This document shows positions 11,788 through 25,799 of a stretch of DNA of 64,000 bases, one piece after another. Within the stretch, counting starts at the first letter, position 1. Every line of letters begins with the position of its first letter. The notes beneath the pieces were generated by a model. That model made no database searches. It saw only the letters and a program-made list of their open reading frames with translations, and was not told the origin of the DNA. The stretch spans positions 193,378,001-193,442,000 of the forward strand of contig NC_091475.1 in assembly GCF_036971445.1 (NCBI RefSeq), given 5' to 3'. Source of the stretch: Narcine bancroftii. Lineage: Eukaryota. Position numbers and translations under genes: made by a program.

Positions 11788-14700
11788 TCAGAATTTTAAA
11801 AAGGTTTGAGAATCAATGTTTTCTACAGAAGAATTACTCCAACCATCTTACTAACTCCCTTCATTAGTGTTGGCCCTGATCACAGTGTTCATGGACAGAT
11901 CACCTCATCATCTGATTGCTATGGGTGTTCGTTTTTCCCAAACACTACCTCCTGCGAAATCTACTGTAATTTTCTATGTAAAAATTCAAATTTTGAAGAA
12001 TTATCAACTGGAGATTTTGGTAATCTGCAAATAAGGGACCTCTCATCCTGAGCTACAAAGGTGTATTTTTTTGTGACCTATTTTACAGTACAAGGTACCT
12101 AAATATTGAACAAAAAATGAGCAAAGAAATGAGACTTGTATATAAAGAGCTTAACTGTTATCATTTTTAAACATAAACTGTGCATCAGGGACAGAGAACG
12201 TGCAAAAAGAGGAGGTTGTGTATTGGGTTAGTTAAGTTTAATTTATTATAAATGTGCACTGGACAGATTTTATCATGTTTTGAGGAAATCCAGATTTTTT
12301 ATCAGATAAATGTTATTTCATTTCTAAACAATTAAATTAACTTCATTTTATGAAGGAAAAAGCCTGCCATTTTGAAGCCTTGATTTTGTGGAGGTTTTAC
12401 TTTGCCGTTTTTCTTGAGGGCAGTTCAGAACATTGATTCAAGCACATTAAAGCTGGTGAGAAATAATGTGAATTCATTGGTGGACCCTGCTGCACATGCC
12501 AGCTGTAGGACAGAGGGGGTAAATTTCATTCTGGGGAATCCCCTGTACAACGGTCATCTTGTAATTAATCAGGTAATTGTGAGGGGCCTGCAGTTAAATT
12601 TGGAGCAAGCAGTGACGATGGGGGAATGATTGTCAACCCTCTTCCACGTGGTCTGCTTCTGCATATCTCAATTGTGGAGCTGATTAACACTGAGCAGGTA
12701 GAAGGCCATGTCGGCAATTTATTTAATAGCAAGAAGTAAAGGACGAAGTGCAAATCTCTTTTACAACTTTGCATCTTGTTTGTTGGAAAATGTTTACAAA
12801 TGCCACTTTTAGAAAAAATGATGTTGCTTCTAGAGTTTGGAAAAGTATTGCCCACAAGGCAAAAAAAGACCCTTCATTTTGTATTTTAACTGTGCATAAT
12901 CAAAATTTTGAACAAAACATGAATTATTAACAGCCTGTCGCAGATTAATTTTACCAGGTTATTTTTTTTTGCAAAACAAAATGCAGCTGAAGATTTTGCT
13001 GTTAGAACCAATGGGCTGATAAATTGGACACAATGTTAAGTGGTGGGATTTTTCCATGTCTACTCTATTGATATAATGTGATGTTGGCTGCTAGTTTTAT
13101 TTAGAATATGGAAGATTTAAGGAAAAACACAGCCTTTGTCTGAAATGTTCATTCATGTTCAATATTAATTGAACAATCGATGTAGTTTTTGTGACATAAT
13201 TGTCTTCATCAAGTTTTGATATGTCATTAATGTAAGAGGTTCTTTGCTGCTGGGGAGGATATATTTATGAAAACTGCTTTGACCCCCCCCCCCCACCCAA
13301 AGTTTGTTACGATCAATGAGTGCAACATTTAAATCTGGTGACAGGCTAATGTTAGTGATTCATATTGTCCGAGATAGAAATGAAAAATCTTCCCATGATA
13401 AAATATTGAAAATAAAACTACGAAAATATCTTTCAGATCCTCTTATCAACTGCCCCAAGGTAATTAATACTTCATAAATGTTGGGAGCGAAGGGTAGAAA
13501 GTGAATAAAATGGTACGTGGGAGTAATGAGGAAAAGGATTTCTGCCGTGCTGCGCTGAATGACAAAAGATTGTATTGAAGCCTTTAAAGGTGCATTTTGT
13601 TAAAGCTACTCATTACCATTGTGGTTCACAAATATAACTTGGTCTTGGTTTATTGTAAGCTAAAAGCAGGAAGTGTTGGAAATGCAGTCAGTTGGCTTAA
13701 TAAAATGAAAAGCTTCTGACTAAAAAAAGTGAGTTTAGCTAATGAATATGGAAAATGTAGCCCTTTATAATGTGGTGATTGATGACATCTGGAATGTAGT
13801 AGAATCCGATGCAATGACTAAATTAAAGAGACATTTAGACAGACACAGGGTGAAGAGTAGGATACAGTCTTGATGCAAATAAATGGGATAGGTATAGATG
13901 AGTGAAAAGGTTGGTTTGGCCTGTTTCGCATTGTATATGACTTCGAGCTGAATCTGCTCTCAAGAGGTGTAGTCAGATTAATTGTCTCCGTAAAATGAAC
14001 CTTTGTGAATGCGAATCAAGTTTTAACAAATTTATTTTTTGTGGATCTATCAGTGAAGCCTCAGTATGTATTTTTGCATTTATATGATTTCCAGTTTTGT
14101 TTACTCAGTGCTTGCCATTTGCAAAGGGGCTAAATCATGTCATGTTAAAGGAAGAAGATCCTAATGTAGTGTTTCCAACCAGAAAAAGTGTCCCAAGACA
14201 GTTTCTTCTTGAAGGTTGGCTAAAAAGCTTGTATAAAATTACATTGAGGCTTCACTGTGGCCCATGTTTTAGTTCTCAGGATGGATAACATTTAAGCATG
14301 TGTGCATTTTCATTCTACTTGCAATGTTGTTTCTGATAGAAACTACATCATGGATCCGTATTCATTGTTTAAAATGCTCCATTGGATTTTGCAAATGTTG
14401 AAAACAGTGTACTTAAAAAAAATGTGCCTGAGTAGTACTTTTGTTTGAAAATGAAGCCCTGTTCTTCATTCGGTGAAGGTAAAAGTTGCTAATAAGCAAG
14501 CTGTTTGGGAGTTTGGCTTTTAAAATGCTATTTGAATAATAAATTGCAATTTTAAAATTGTGCTAAATTAACATGATAATTAATCATTATCTAGAATTGA
14601 TTGAAATCAAAAGGGGCTCACCTGTACCATATTTTATAACGAAATAGAGATTTATTATGAATCAAGCGAAATGGATCGGTTTTACATAATGTGCCACAGA

Positions 14701-14960
14701 TCAATCTCTTGAAATACAATGCTTTACTTATTTTATGGATATGCTTTGTGTATGTAACTATGCACCTGCTTGTAATGTCAATGTGCCTTTCATTATTGGT
14801 CTACATTATTTTCATATACGTACCATAATTTTATAAAGAATATACTTGTAATAAAGTTGAATTTGTTATATTTTAAAATGTATTGAGGTGTAGAATGTTC
14901 TGTATAATAGGCTTCTTCCTGCCATTGTGTAATAAATTGCCACATTTAAATGTCAATGTT
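11788..14960 (+). other. MGAT4A: Probable long MGAT4A 3'UTR with poly(A) signals
   Basis: AT-rich, TE-poor stretch after the stop codon. AATAAA at 14850-14855 and 14931-14936 with GT-rich sequence downstream. The end point is inferred. Confidence 0.55.
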
Positions 14961-15149
14961 TGCATCGAATAAGTCTGTGTGTGGAAAGCCTATACTTGTC
15001 ACGTCCACTACTTAATAACGGTTGCCTTCTTCCTGCTGCTAAGGGAGTGAGCAGATAATTTAAGTCCAAAACTCTTCCAGATAACTCTCCAGTTAACTCC
15101 TGGATGGTGTATCAGATTATTTTAAAAAATCTTCTCCCCATCATTCAGG

Positions 15150-15375
15150 TGGTCTGGTGAGCAAAACACTCTTACAGCGCCAGAAACCAAGGTTTGAATC
15201 CGCAACTGTGTGGAAGGAATTTGCATGTTCTTCCCATGTCCACGTGGGCTTCCGCTGGGGGCTCCAGTTCCTCCCATGGTCCAAAGGCATATGAAGTTGG
15301 TTGGTCACATTGGGTTTGCATACTCATGGGCCAGAAGGGCCTGTTATATATCTATTGCTCGAAAATATTAAAATT
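15150..15375 (+). mobile_element. tRNA-derived SINE; other copies at ~20325-20530 (-), 22370-22605 (-), 26915-27125 (-), 30735-30890 (-) and 57150-57390
   Basis: B-box-like GGTTTGAATCC. Body GGAATTTGCATGTTCTTCCCATGTCCACGTGGG and a CR1-like tail GGGCCAGAAGGGCCTGTT are shared among copies. Confidence 0.7.
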
Positions 15376-15464
15376 GACCTCGTGAATTTTCTCTGGAGTA
15401 TTGTCTGGACTGTGTATCACTAAGATTCACATGCAGAAATTTGAAGCATAATGATAAAACTCCA

Positions 15465-16052
15465 TCTCCCTACGGCTCCTAGAACGCTTCCACCAGCGTT
15501 GTCTCCGCTCCATCCTCAACATTCATTGGAGCAACTTCATCACCAACATCGAAGTACTCGAGATGGCAGAGGCCGACAGCATCGAATCCACGCTGCTGAA
15601 GATCCAACTGCGCTGGGTAGGTCACGTCTTCAGAATGGAGGACCATTGCCTTCCCAAGATCGTGTTCTATGGCAAGCTCTCCACTGGCCACCAAGACAGA
15701 GGTGCACCAAAGAAGAGGTACAAGGACTGCCTAAAGAAATCTCTTGGTGCCTGCCACATTGACCACCGCCAGTGGGCTGATATTGCCTCAAACCGTGCAC
15801 CTTGGCGCCTCACAGTTCGGCGGGCAGCAACCTCCTTGGAAGAAGACCACAGAGCCCACCTCACTGACAAAAGACAAAGGAGGAAAAACCCAACACCCAA
15901 CCCCAACCAACCAATTTTCCCTTGCAACTGCTGCAACCGTGTCTGCCTGTCCCGCATCGGACATGTCAGCCACAAACGAGCCTGCAGCTGACGTGGACAT
16001 TACCCCTCCATAAATCTTCATCAGCGAAGCCAAGCCAAAGAAGAAAGAAAAA
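15465..16052 (+). mobile_element. RTE-clade LINE 3' fragment with intact frame
   Basis: LERFHQRCLRSILNIHW...QLRWVGHVFRMEDHCLPKIVFYG...C-terminal CxxC/H finger (FPCNCCNRVCLSRIGHVSHKRAC). GAA-rich tail. Confidence 0.85.
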
Positions 16053-16125
16053 GAGATGACCTAAGATTTTGAAATTGATTGAAATCTATCTGATTGTGAA
16101 GATCATATTAAATTTGCTTTGCACT

Positions 16126-18480
16126 CATAGAAACATAGAAGATAGGAGCAGGAGTAGGTCATTCGACCCTTCGAGCCTGCTCCGCCATTCAACGAGATCA
16201 TGTCTGATCTTAAAGTTCTGTACCCCATCCCCGCCTTCTCTCCGTAACCTTTAATACCCTTATACTGAAGAAATAGATCTAATTCCCCCTTAAATAGATT
16301 GAATGAATCCACAGATTCACCACCCTCTGGGTAAAGAAATTCCTCCTCATCTCGGTCCTAAATGGTTTGCCTATTATCCTCGAACCATGGCCCTGGGTTC
16401 TGGATTTTCCCATCATTGGAAACATCCCATCTGCATCCACTCTGTCCAGTCCTGCCAGAATTTTATAGGTCTCTATGAGATCCCCTCTCAATCTTCTCAA
16501 CTCCAGCGAGTACAATCCCAATTTGCGCAGTCTTTCCTCATAAGTCATTTCTGCCATTCCAGGTATCAGCCTGGTGAATCTCCTCTGCACTCCCTCCATT
16601 GCAAGAACATCCTTCCTTAGATAAGGTGACCAAAACTGCACACAATACTCCAGGTGTGGTCTCACCAAGGCCCTGTACAGCTGCAGTAAGGTATCTTACT
16701 GTACCTGCATGCTCGCCTTCAGAGACTGATGTACAAGTACCCCTAGGTCTCTCTGCACTTCCCCATCTCTTAATCTATTGCCATTCAAATAGTAATCTGC
16801 CCTCCGGTTTATATTACCAAAGTGGATAACCTCACATTTATCCACATTGTAGTGCATTTGTCATGTATCTGCCCAGTCCCTCAATTTATCCAAATCACAC
16901 TGGAGCTTCCTGACCCCCTCTTCCGTGGACACCACCCCTCCTAGCTTAGTGTCATCTGCAAATTTGGAGATATTACAACCAATCCCCTCATCCAGATCAT
17001 TAATGTAAATTGTGAACAGCTGGGGTCCCAGTACAGATCCCTGTGGTACCTCACTGGTCACTGCCTGCCACTCAGAAAATGAGCCATTTATCCCAACTCT
17101 CTGTCTTCTACCTGCCAGTCACTTCTCAATCCACATCAATACTTTGCCCCCAATCCCATGAGCCTTGATTTTGGAAGCCAGTCGTTTATGCGGGACCTTA
17201 TCGAAGGCCTTTTGGAAGTCCAGGTACACCACATCCACTGGCTCTCCCCCATCTCAAAGAATTCCAATAGATTTGTCAAGCACGATTTACCTTTTGTAAA
17301 TCCATGTTGACTCCGTCCAATCCCTTCTCTGCTAGTCATATGCTCCGCTATTACATCCTTAATAATGGATTCCATCATTTTGCCCACTACTGATGTAAGG
17401 CTCACCGGCCGATAATTCCCCGCTTTTTCTCTACCCTCCTTTTTAAATAGTGGGGTAACATTAGCTACCCTCCAATCCTTGGGTACTGATCCTGAGTCTA
17501 TCGAGTTTTGGAAAAAAATTCTTAAAGCATCTGCTATCTAAATGGCCACTTCCTTGAGTACCCTAGGATGTAGATTATCAGGCCCTTGGGATTTATCTGC
17601 CTTCAATCTCATCAATTTCCCCAAGACCATGTCCTTAGAGATACTGATTTCTTTCAGTTCCTCCCTTGTATTAGTCTCTGTTTCCCAACATCCTTGGGAG
17701 GTTATTTGTATCCTCTCTTGTAAGAATTTAATTGGTCTGCCATTTCCTTGTTCCCCATTATATATTCCCCTGATTCCGACTGTAAAGGACCTACTCTGGA
17801 TTTCACCAATCTTTTCCTCTTGACATATTTATAAAAGCTTTTGCAGTCGGTTTTTATATTTGCCGCAAGCTTACTTTCGTAATTTATTTTTGCTCTCTTG
17901 ATTAATCCCTTTGTCCTCCTTTGGTGCATCTTGAACTGCTCCCAGTCTTCGGTTGCGGTACTTTTTTTGGCCAATTGATATGCTCTCTCTTTGGACCTAA
18001 TGCTGTCTCTAATTTCCCTTGTTATCCACGGTTGAGTCACCTTTTTTGGTTTATTTTTATGCCAAACCAGTATAAACGATTTTTGCAATTTCTCCATTAG
18101 ATCTGTGAATGCTTTCCATTGTCTATCCACAGTCAACTCCCCCATAAACACCACCCAATCAATCTTACTCAACTCCCGTCTCATACCATCATAATTCCCT
18201 TTATTTAAATTCAGGACCTTAGTCTCAGTTTTAATTTCATCACTCTCCATGTCGAGTGAGAATTCGATCATATTGTGATCGCTCCTTCCCAAAGGGCCTC
18301 GCACAACAAGATTGCTGATTAGCCCCTTATCATTGCATAATACCCAATCTAAAATGGCCTGCTCCCGAGTTGGTTCCTCGACATATTGGTCGATAACCGT
18401 CCCGTAAACATTCAAGGAATTCCTCCTCCTCTGTATTTTTACCAATTTGACTAGTCCAATCTATATGCAAATTAAAGTCT
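16126..18480 (-). mobile_element. CR1 (HER1-like) LINE ORF2, APE + RT, internally deleted
   Basis: ORFs PTREQAILDWVL..SDHNMIEF (APE), QHGFTKGKSCLTNL, VPQGSVLGPQLF..FADDTK, VRPHLEYCVQFWSP. (TTCTATG)-type 3' tail at ~16126-16140. Confidence 0.92.
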
Positions 18481-18919
18481 GTAGAAACTGCCAATTAGTA
18501 TATTTTTAGAATGAGCAAAGAATCTTCCAATTTGCATTTTGACTGTCAGTCCTTGCTGTTTTAAAATGGTTTTATACTTGTCAGGATCAGTTGGCAAATA
18601 TGCTTTTTTCCCTTACCCATTGTTGCCCTTAAAAGAAAACAGTGAGCAACTACAATGAACTATTGCTTCTCCTTCTACATTTGGGTTGGGGATACCTTGT
18701 TTCCACTTCAGTTCTGTGAGGAGCGTGCCTGCACTTTAATTTTTTTCCATTGTGGAGGGGTCACCACGTGGACACAACAAGGCAGTCACTTTGAGAGTTC
18801 ATCGACCCTCCCATCACCCAGAAATTGCTGGGAGAATGTTCAGCTGCATGCCTGATGTGACCTGAATGCAGAATCCGGGGCTCTGCTGGTGGTCTGGTAC
18901 GTCCCGGCACCAACTGGAA

Positions 18920-19200
18920 GTGGAGAAACACAAAAGCTGCAGTGGTGGACACTTGAAGCTGGAGGAACTCAGTGAGTCTGGCTGCATCCATGGGTAGAAA
19001 TGATGGGTCAAAATTTTGGGTCAGGAGCGAAACATGAAAGTCTGCAGACTGTGGTTGTAGTAAAAACACATAACTGCTGGAAGAACTCAGCAGGTCACGA
19101 AGTGTCCTTAGGAGGTAAAGATATATAGCCAGAAGTTGGGAGAGATGGAGAGACTGGAAGAGGTAGAGAGATGGGGAAGAGAGTGAGATCATGCGGGGGG
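18920..19200 (-). mobile_element. Two tandem Penelope-like terminal repeats
   Basis: GCTGGAGGAACTCAG and GCTGGAAGAACTCAGCAGG blocks are reverse complements of the PLE terminus seen at 11.4 and 37.5 kb. Confidence 0.55.
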
Positions 19201-21228
19201 GGGGGTGTGGAAGAGCTGGAGAAAAGGAGGTCGAATTAATCAGATTACAAGTAGAGTCCAACACCTCATCTGAGAATGAAAGATTCAAATCCTGTTCCCA
19301 ATCGTTCTTGATCTTAACTAATGAGTAGGCTACCCTTAAATCAAGCAAATTATTATAATGAGATATTAAACCTTTATGAGAAAGTTGTAAATCAAAAGTA
19401 TATTGTTTGTATGGATACTGCCCAGGACATCTCAGGTAAAAACCCTCCACCATTGAGAACATTTGCAGGGAACGCTGCTGTCAGAGAGCAGCAACAATCA
19501 AGGATCCACATCATCCAGCTCTGTTCTCACTGCTCCCATCAGGAAAGAGGTATAGCCAGGTTCAGGAACAACTGCTACCCCTTCACCATGAGACTCAACA
19601 CATTCAGGGATTCATTTAAAGACTCTTCCTTTTGCACTTTGAATTTTTTTTCTCTCTATTGGAGTTTGTTTTCATATCCACATTTTCAGAGATTACATGT
19701 ATTAGATAAATCAGGAAGTATAAATTAGTTTGACAGTAGAATTCCATGAGAAGAAGCACCAGAAACCCATCAATACAGTAGTAAAGATCAGTATAGAGTG
19801 CAGGAGTTACATAGAAATCAATTCAAGTCAACCAGTGCGGACTCGAAAGGCTGACATGGCCTGTTTCCGCTCTGTAAATGGTAAAATGGTTATATGTTTG
19901 CTTCGGGAATCTGAGCAGACGTGTTCTGAAAGAGCTCTCCAGAAAAGTATTAAAAAGACCTTTTGAAAGTTCAAAGCTCAGAATTTCATTGTCAAAAATG
20001 GATAAAACTAGTGCTAAATGACCAAGACAACCTAAAACAAAAACTGAAGAAACAGCAGCTCAGCCAGGAGCTTCGAGAATTTGATGAGGTAAAGAGACAA
20101 CTGCAATCCAAAACCTCAAAATACTCAATGACTTACCCAGTGACGCTGAGGGTTGATATTCAGAAGGTGATCAAAGAATTTTCAAGAATAAGGAAGAAGT
20201 GAAAGAAATTTTATGAAAGCTGTGAAAAGATTAAAGCTGCCAGATAAGAAGATTGAAAGGACCGTTTTAAATTGTTGGCCTCTTCACGATAAAATTTAAA
20301 TTTAAATCAAATTACATTTGAAATTTAAATTTGGATATACAGCATGGTAACAGGCCCTTTTGGCCCATGCTGCCAAATTACACCCAATTCACCTACATTT
20401 TGAATGGTGGGAGGATCCCCTGCAGGCATAGGGAGAATGTACAACCTCCTTACAGACACATGGGATTCGAACTCCAGTCCCAATCGCTGGCATTGTAACA
20501 GCATTGTGCTAACCACCATGCCACCCTGGAATTGTTTTCTTCAACGCAAATAAAGTGCTAAGAATTGAGCACGGGACAGTCTAAATTTAGCTAGCAATTA
20601 ATAAACATTAAGATCAATCTGAACTTTAAATTAGCTCCTCTAAATCTACTGTACTTGCTTACTCTTTATCCATTTCCTTCATTTATTTGGATTCCAGATG
20701 ACACAGAGGGTTAACTCACACACTGGGATCTTACAATATTTATGACGACTTTTATGAAGAAGATTATTACAGGTCTTAAGAGGCTGGGTGTACAATTTAC
20801 ATATTTATCCCTAACCTTTGCATATACAGACGGGATCCAAATTTGTACAAAAAGTGGATATTTATTTCTGAAGTTATGTGATTTTCTCCAAAGGAATACA
20901 GGTCTCAAGTTCCGAATACCATCTTTCCATACCTAAATACACATCTGATCTCAAAGTCGCTGTGATACCCTTTCTTGCCACCGCAAAGGCGATTTTAGTA
21001 AATTTCACTTGATGGAATACAAGTTTAAGTCTTGGTCCTTCTATATTTCCCAACAAAAATAAATCTGGATTTTGTGGAAAAACGGTGCTATTGATCTGTC
21101 CTAAATCCTTCCAAAAAGTTCTAACTTTAGAACACGACCAAGTAGAATGTAAGAAGGTTCCTATTTCATCACATCTAACACATTTATCTGATTAATCCAA
21201 TTTTATTTTTGTGCAGTTTTTATGGTGT

Positions 21229-21590
21229 TGTAGCGACTACTCCAGTAGAGCTACTAAATTAATACACCTGTCAGGGTGCTTGTCATCAAGTGCACTTTAT
21301 TTGAATTTGCCTCCACTTTTAAACCCTCCCCTCTCGGAAATAGAAGCGACATCACCCTGTGCCTGCCACTCACCTGTGGGCCTCGTGTCTTTAAATAAAG
21401 ACGATGGGAGCCCCACGCTTTCTTGAAGGTGGGTGCCCCAGTCTCCAGTGTGCCCAAACCCAGCCCACAGCGCCGTGGATGGCCCCCCAGCCCAGGTGAG
21501 TGAGCAGCGACCAGGCCTGCTGTGCTGCGCGACCGCTCGGCGAGCCGCACGTGCGACGGTTCAGCCCATTGAACTGCTCAGCTGACTACA
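21229..21590 (-). mobile_element. Probable small solo LTR inside decayed L1-like sequence
   Basis: TGTAG...CTACA termini, near-TSD GTGT/CTGT, GC-rich interior, AATAAA on the minus strand at ~21296. Confidence 0.5.
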
Positions 21591-21959
21591 CTGTTAAATG
21601 TAATTGATGGAAATAATTATATTGGTTTAAACAATTCCTAACATTTATAATATGTCATACAACCATGACAAAGTTCTGCCTACCTTTTCACACCAATCAT
21701 AATATTCAAATCAACCTCCTATTTCTGTCTTTTATTTATGAACTCACTTTGTGAAAGTACCTGCTTGTAGTAAAAAGATTTGTTACAGAAATAAATTTTA
21801 GCATAACCTTCCCTAATAAGAACCTCCAACTCACTACAAGCTGGTAAGTGCACAGTTGGACCTAATTTTGTTCCTGCAAATATTCTCAACTGTAAATAGA
21901 ATAGAAAAGTCTATTTCACAAAATTCCATATTTAGTTAGAGCAGATTCTTAGGGATAGG

Positions 21960-23305
21960 ATTTAAGAGCATGGTCTCATTAGAGCTAGTCAGAATGGATT
22001 TGTGAGGGGTAGGCCATGCCTCACAAGCCTAATTAAGTTTTGTGGTGAGAAAAAGTGATGCAGGTAGGGTGTGGTGTATATGGATTTTTATTAAGATGTT
22101 TAACGAGGTTCTCCATGGTATGTTCAGCCAGAAAGTCATGAAGTGTGGAATCATGGAAATGTGGCTGCATGGATTTGGAATTGGCTTGCACACATAAGGC
22201 AGGGGGTGGAAGTTGAAGGGGTGCATTTTGATGGGAGCTCAGTAACTAGTCCTGTTTTACAGGATGGATCCAGGCACCCCTGCTCTGCATTTTTTATTAA
22301 TGACTTGGATTAAGAAGTGGAGGGGTGGGTCAGTAAGTTTGCAGATGATGCAAAAGTTGCGGATTTAAATTTTTAAAAAATTTAGACATAGGGCACGGTA
22401 ACAAGCCCTTCTAACCTAGGAGCCCGTGTCGCCCAGTCACACCCAATTAACCTGCAACCCTGTATGCTTTGAACGGTGGGAGGAAACAAGAGTCCTCAGG
22501 GAAAACCCACACAGACAAAGGGAGAAAGTACAAACTCCTTACAGACAGCATGGGATTCGAACACAAGTCACTGGCACTGTAACAGCGTTGTGCTAACCGC
22601 GCTGTCCTAGTGCAGAGTTGTTGTAGGTTATAAGGGGACGTGGACAGTGTTGGGTGAAGCAGTGGCAGATGGAGTGTGAAAATCCAACTTGAAGTCAGTG
22701 GATGTGGTTAATAGCAGGAGGAACAGAGGCATCTTGGGTTTCATACCATGGATCTCTCAAGGCTGCCACACAAGTTGATAGAATAGTTATTAACAGGACT
22801 GCAAGGTACTGTTGCAGATGTATAAAACTCTGGTTAGACCACACACCAAGTACTGTATTCAGTTCTGATTGCCATGTAATAGGAGGCAAGAGTAGATGTG
22901 AAGGAAAGTTACCAGGATGCTGTCTGGACTGGAGAATGTGTTTTATGAGGATAAGTCGAGTGCACTTGGGCTTTTCTCTTTGGACCAAGAGAGGCAACTT
23001 AATTAAGGTGCCTAAGATTATGAGAACCATTAGACAGCTAGCATCTTCTTTCCCCCAGGGTGGTAATGGCCAATACCAGAGGATATCTGCTTCAGGTTAG
23101 TGGAGGAAACTTTCGGGGAAGACATCAGAGATTTAAAAAAAAACAGAATGGTGGGTGCCTGGAATGCATTGCTAAGGATGGTGGTTGAGACTGGTATCAC
23201 AGAGACATTTAAAAGCCACATGGATGTAAAGAAAAGAGAGTTGTGAGTTGAGCGAGAGAAGGATTAGACTGTTGTGATCTGAAGGGCAGGTGCTGTTCTA
23301 TGTTG
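21960..23305 (+). mobile_element. Decayed CR1 LINE with a nested SINE (22370-22605)
   Basis: GFVRGRPCLT and SKFADDAK RT remnants, plus a CR1 3' tail. Confidence 0.75.
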
Positions 23306-24053
23306 ATTCCAGCATCTGAAAACGTTTTGATTGTTAATTTCTTCCATCTTCACAGAAGACAGTGGAAGCAAGATTTTGTTCTTATCATAGTTTTATTTGG
23401 TTAAAAATTTAGAACTCGAGTCTCCAAAACCACAACACATTGTTATGAGAGAATAATCTGATCTGCTACTCCTCCAGGAACTGCAAAACATTTGGAATGT
23501 GCTGAATAGTGAAAACGATGATCTCCTGGAGAGCTTGGGAACTCATCAGCTTTTTACTTAATCTATTCTATGTTTTAAATCAGCTGGCAAAGGGGAAAAA
23601 AAAGAGTGAGAAGTAAAATCAAGAAATTAGGAATTTGAAACAAAAAATCGGCATCAAACTTTTCTCTCCTTCCATTAACTCTGTGCAAGCATAAAGGTAT
23701 TCATAAAAATTATAACCAAAGTGGGAAAATATATGTCTCAATTAAAGCTTCCTAATAAATGCTTTTCAGCAAAACTGCAGAAATGTTACAGGAACGTATT
23801 TTACTCATTTGATAAATATGAAATATACAAACCAGTCAATTGCCGCATTTAATGATCACCATTCACATTGTAGAAAAAGATTTGCCACAATTCAAACATT
23901 TCAAAAGAATAAATCTGAAGTGATCTTATTCCTCAAATCTGGTTATTTATCAGTATGTACAGCACATATACAAATGATACAATTGTCAATGCTATATTAT
24001 ATACAGTCAACAAACAAAAAGTTCAGCAAATACTCAATTAGATGAGTGGTATT

Positions 24054-24190
24054 TTACTGCACTCTGTACTTGTAGAACCAGCACAGTCCTTTGGTGAAGT
24101 TCCATCCCAATCCCAGCGACAGCAAGAACAAAATTACAAGGAGAGCAAATGGATATAGCAGAGCAACCGTGTTCTTCAGAAAAGGTAATG
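24054..24190 (-). CDS. UNC50: UNC50 last coding exon
   Basis: ttag|CA TTA CCT... = (A)LPFLKNTVALLYPFALLVILFLLSLGLGWNFTKGLCWFYKYRVQ*, with TAA at 24056-24054. Candidate AATAAA on the minus strand at 23392-23397. Confidence 0.95.
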
Positions 24191-25403
24191 CTAATGGAAA
24201 AAAAAAGTCACCTAAGTTTCTTTCTGTTCATTTTTCAAGATCACAATGACTGTCAAAGCCAGCATTTATTGCCCATCCCCCACATCTCTTAACTGCATAA
24301 CTTGCAAAGCTATTTCTGAGGGCATTAAAGACTCGGACATAATCAGTGGATATGGAGTCACATTGAAGGTGAGCCTAATTTCCTCCCTTTAAAAATATTG
24401 ATCTCTACAATGTTTTTTTACAATAATTCAACTGCTTCATAATTGTTATTACCAATATAGTTTTTAAAAATAAGTATGATTTAAATATACATTCCAAACT
24501 GCAGTGGTGAGATCTGAACTTGGGCTGGTTGAATTGTTAATCTAGGCCTCTAGCTCACTCATCTGGAAATTAACTACTGTGCCAACATTGAACTAAGCAG
24601 AAGGAAACACAAATAGAGTCGGAGGAAGGGAGAATGTTCACATGGAAAACAATAGAGCTGATTCACCTTTCTCAGCTTATTTAACATATATCCAGGGGTG
24701 GGAAAATTTAAAATGTTCAGCTCATACCAAATGGGATTAAATCACTGGAAATTACATTCAGTGGCCATCCTGTATTATCAGAACTACCAGAAATTTTATG
24801 GTTTTTTTTTTCATCGAGGTGGTTGATGCATTGCCTGAGAGAGTGGAGAAGGCAGGTATTTTTGATTTAGTTCACCATTTGAAACACCATGGCTATGGAC
24901 TGGGTACTGAGGCATGGGATTAGTATTAATTGGTACATAATGGTCTGCAGACATGGTGGGCCAAAGGACCAGTTTCTGTGCTATACAGCTCTAAAGAGTG
25001 TCTAGTCTCAGTTGTACTATACACATATTGAGCAGCTACCAAGTGGTTTGCCAAATATTTGGAGAAGAGAGGCAAGATGTGCAGAAAGGTTTAAGTATAA
25101 GTGGTTCAATTTATAGCATTTGAAACAGAAATTGTCTCCAAAATTCATAATGCCTCAATGACTGCAGGACTAAGCCATTAGAACCAGAAAGAATAAAGGC
25201 AGTGATTGAAATTTTGGAATAGTTATTGTGCAGCTAGGAATTACAAACAAAATCAGCCAGCCTTTACTCTCGACAGTATTTGGTATTTGTAGATGTTGGA
25301 TTACATTTAAGAGCACAAAAAAAAATATGAGCATAAAATAAATCTCTGCCAGTTAAATCCTTTCAAATGTTATGGAAAAAATGCATTTCAAACTTATGCT
25401 TAC

Positions 25404-25505
25404 CACTGTATCCAAGAAAAGTAACATAAATGTAATATCCAATGCCAATCAGCCAAAAGATGTTCCCAACAAAACAAGCAACAATTCCATCCTTAATAAT
25501 GACAT
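25404..25505 (-). CDS. UNC50: UNC50 coding exon 4
   Basis: cag|AT GTC...TAC AGT G|gtaag = (H)VIIKDGIVACFVGNIFWLIGIGYYIYVTFLGYS. Confidence 0.95.
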
Positions 25506-25799
25506 CTGCAAAGAAAAGAATTATTCAACGTGTTTAAATACTTTGCATGTAAAATAAGTTCTATTTGCATCACAAGTTTTCTTTAAGACAGTTATGTGAA
25601 CAAAGATCTGGAAATGGCATAAGTAAGTAGGCAATTTAGATTAAATGTGTTAATAAAGCCAGAGGTCATCACGATCCTGAAAGAAGCCATTTAGACCACT
25701 AAGTCCATGCAGACTCTCCCTTGTCCTAGAAAAGCTATTGGGAACAGTTTATTAGTGAATACCTCATTTGAACCTAATGTTTTCAAATCTTCTCTGCTT

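Noticed and set aside
18761-19462. 233-aa ORF
   Set aside because: Chance read-through across abutting L1 and Penelope fragments; no coherent domain.
20325-20530. tRNA gene (GGATTCGAACTCC B-box)
   Set aside because: Head of a tRNA-derived SINE; no cloverleaf, and it continues into the SINE body and tail.
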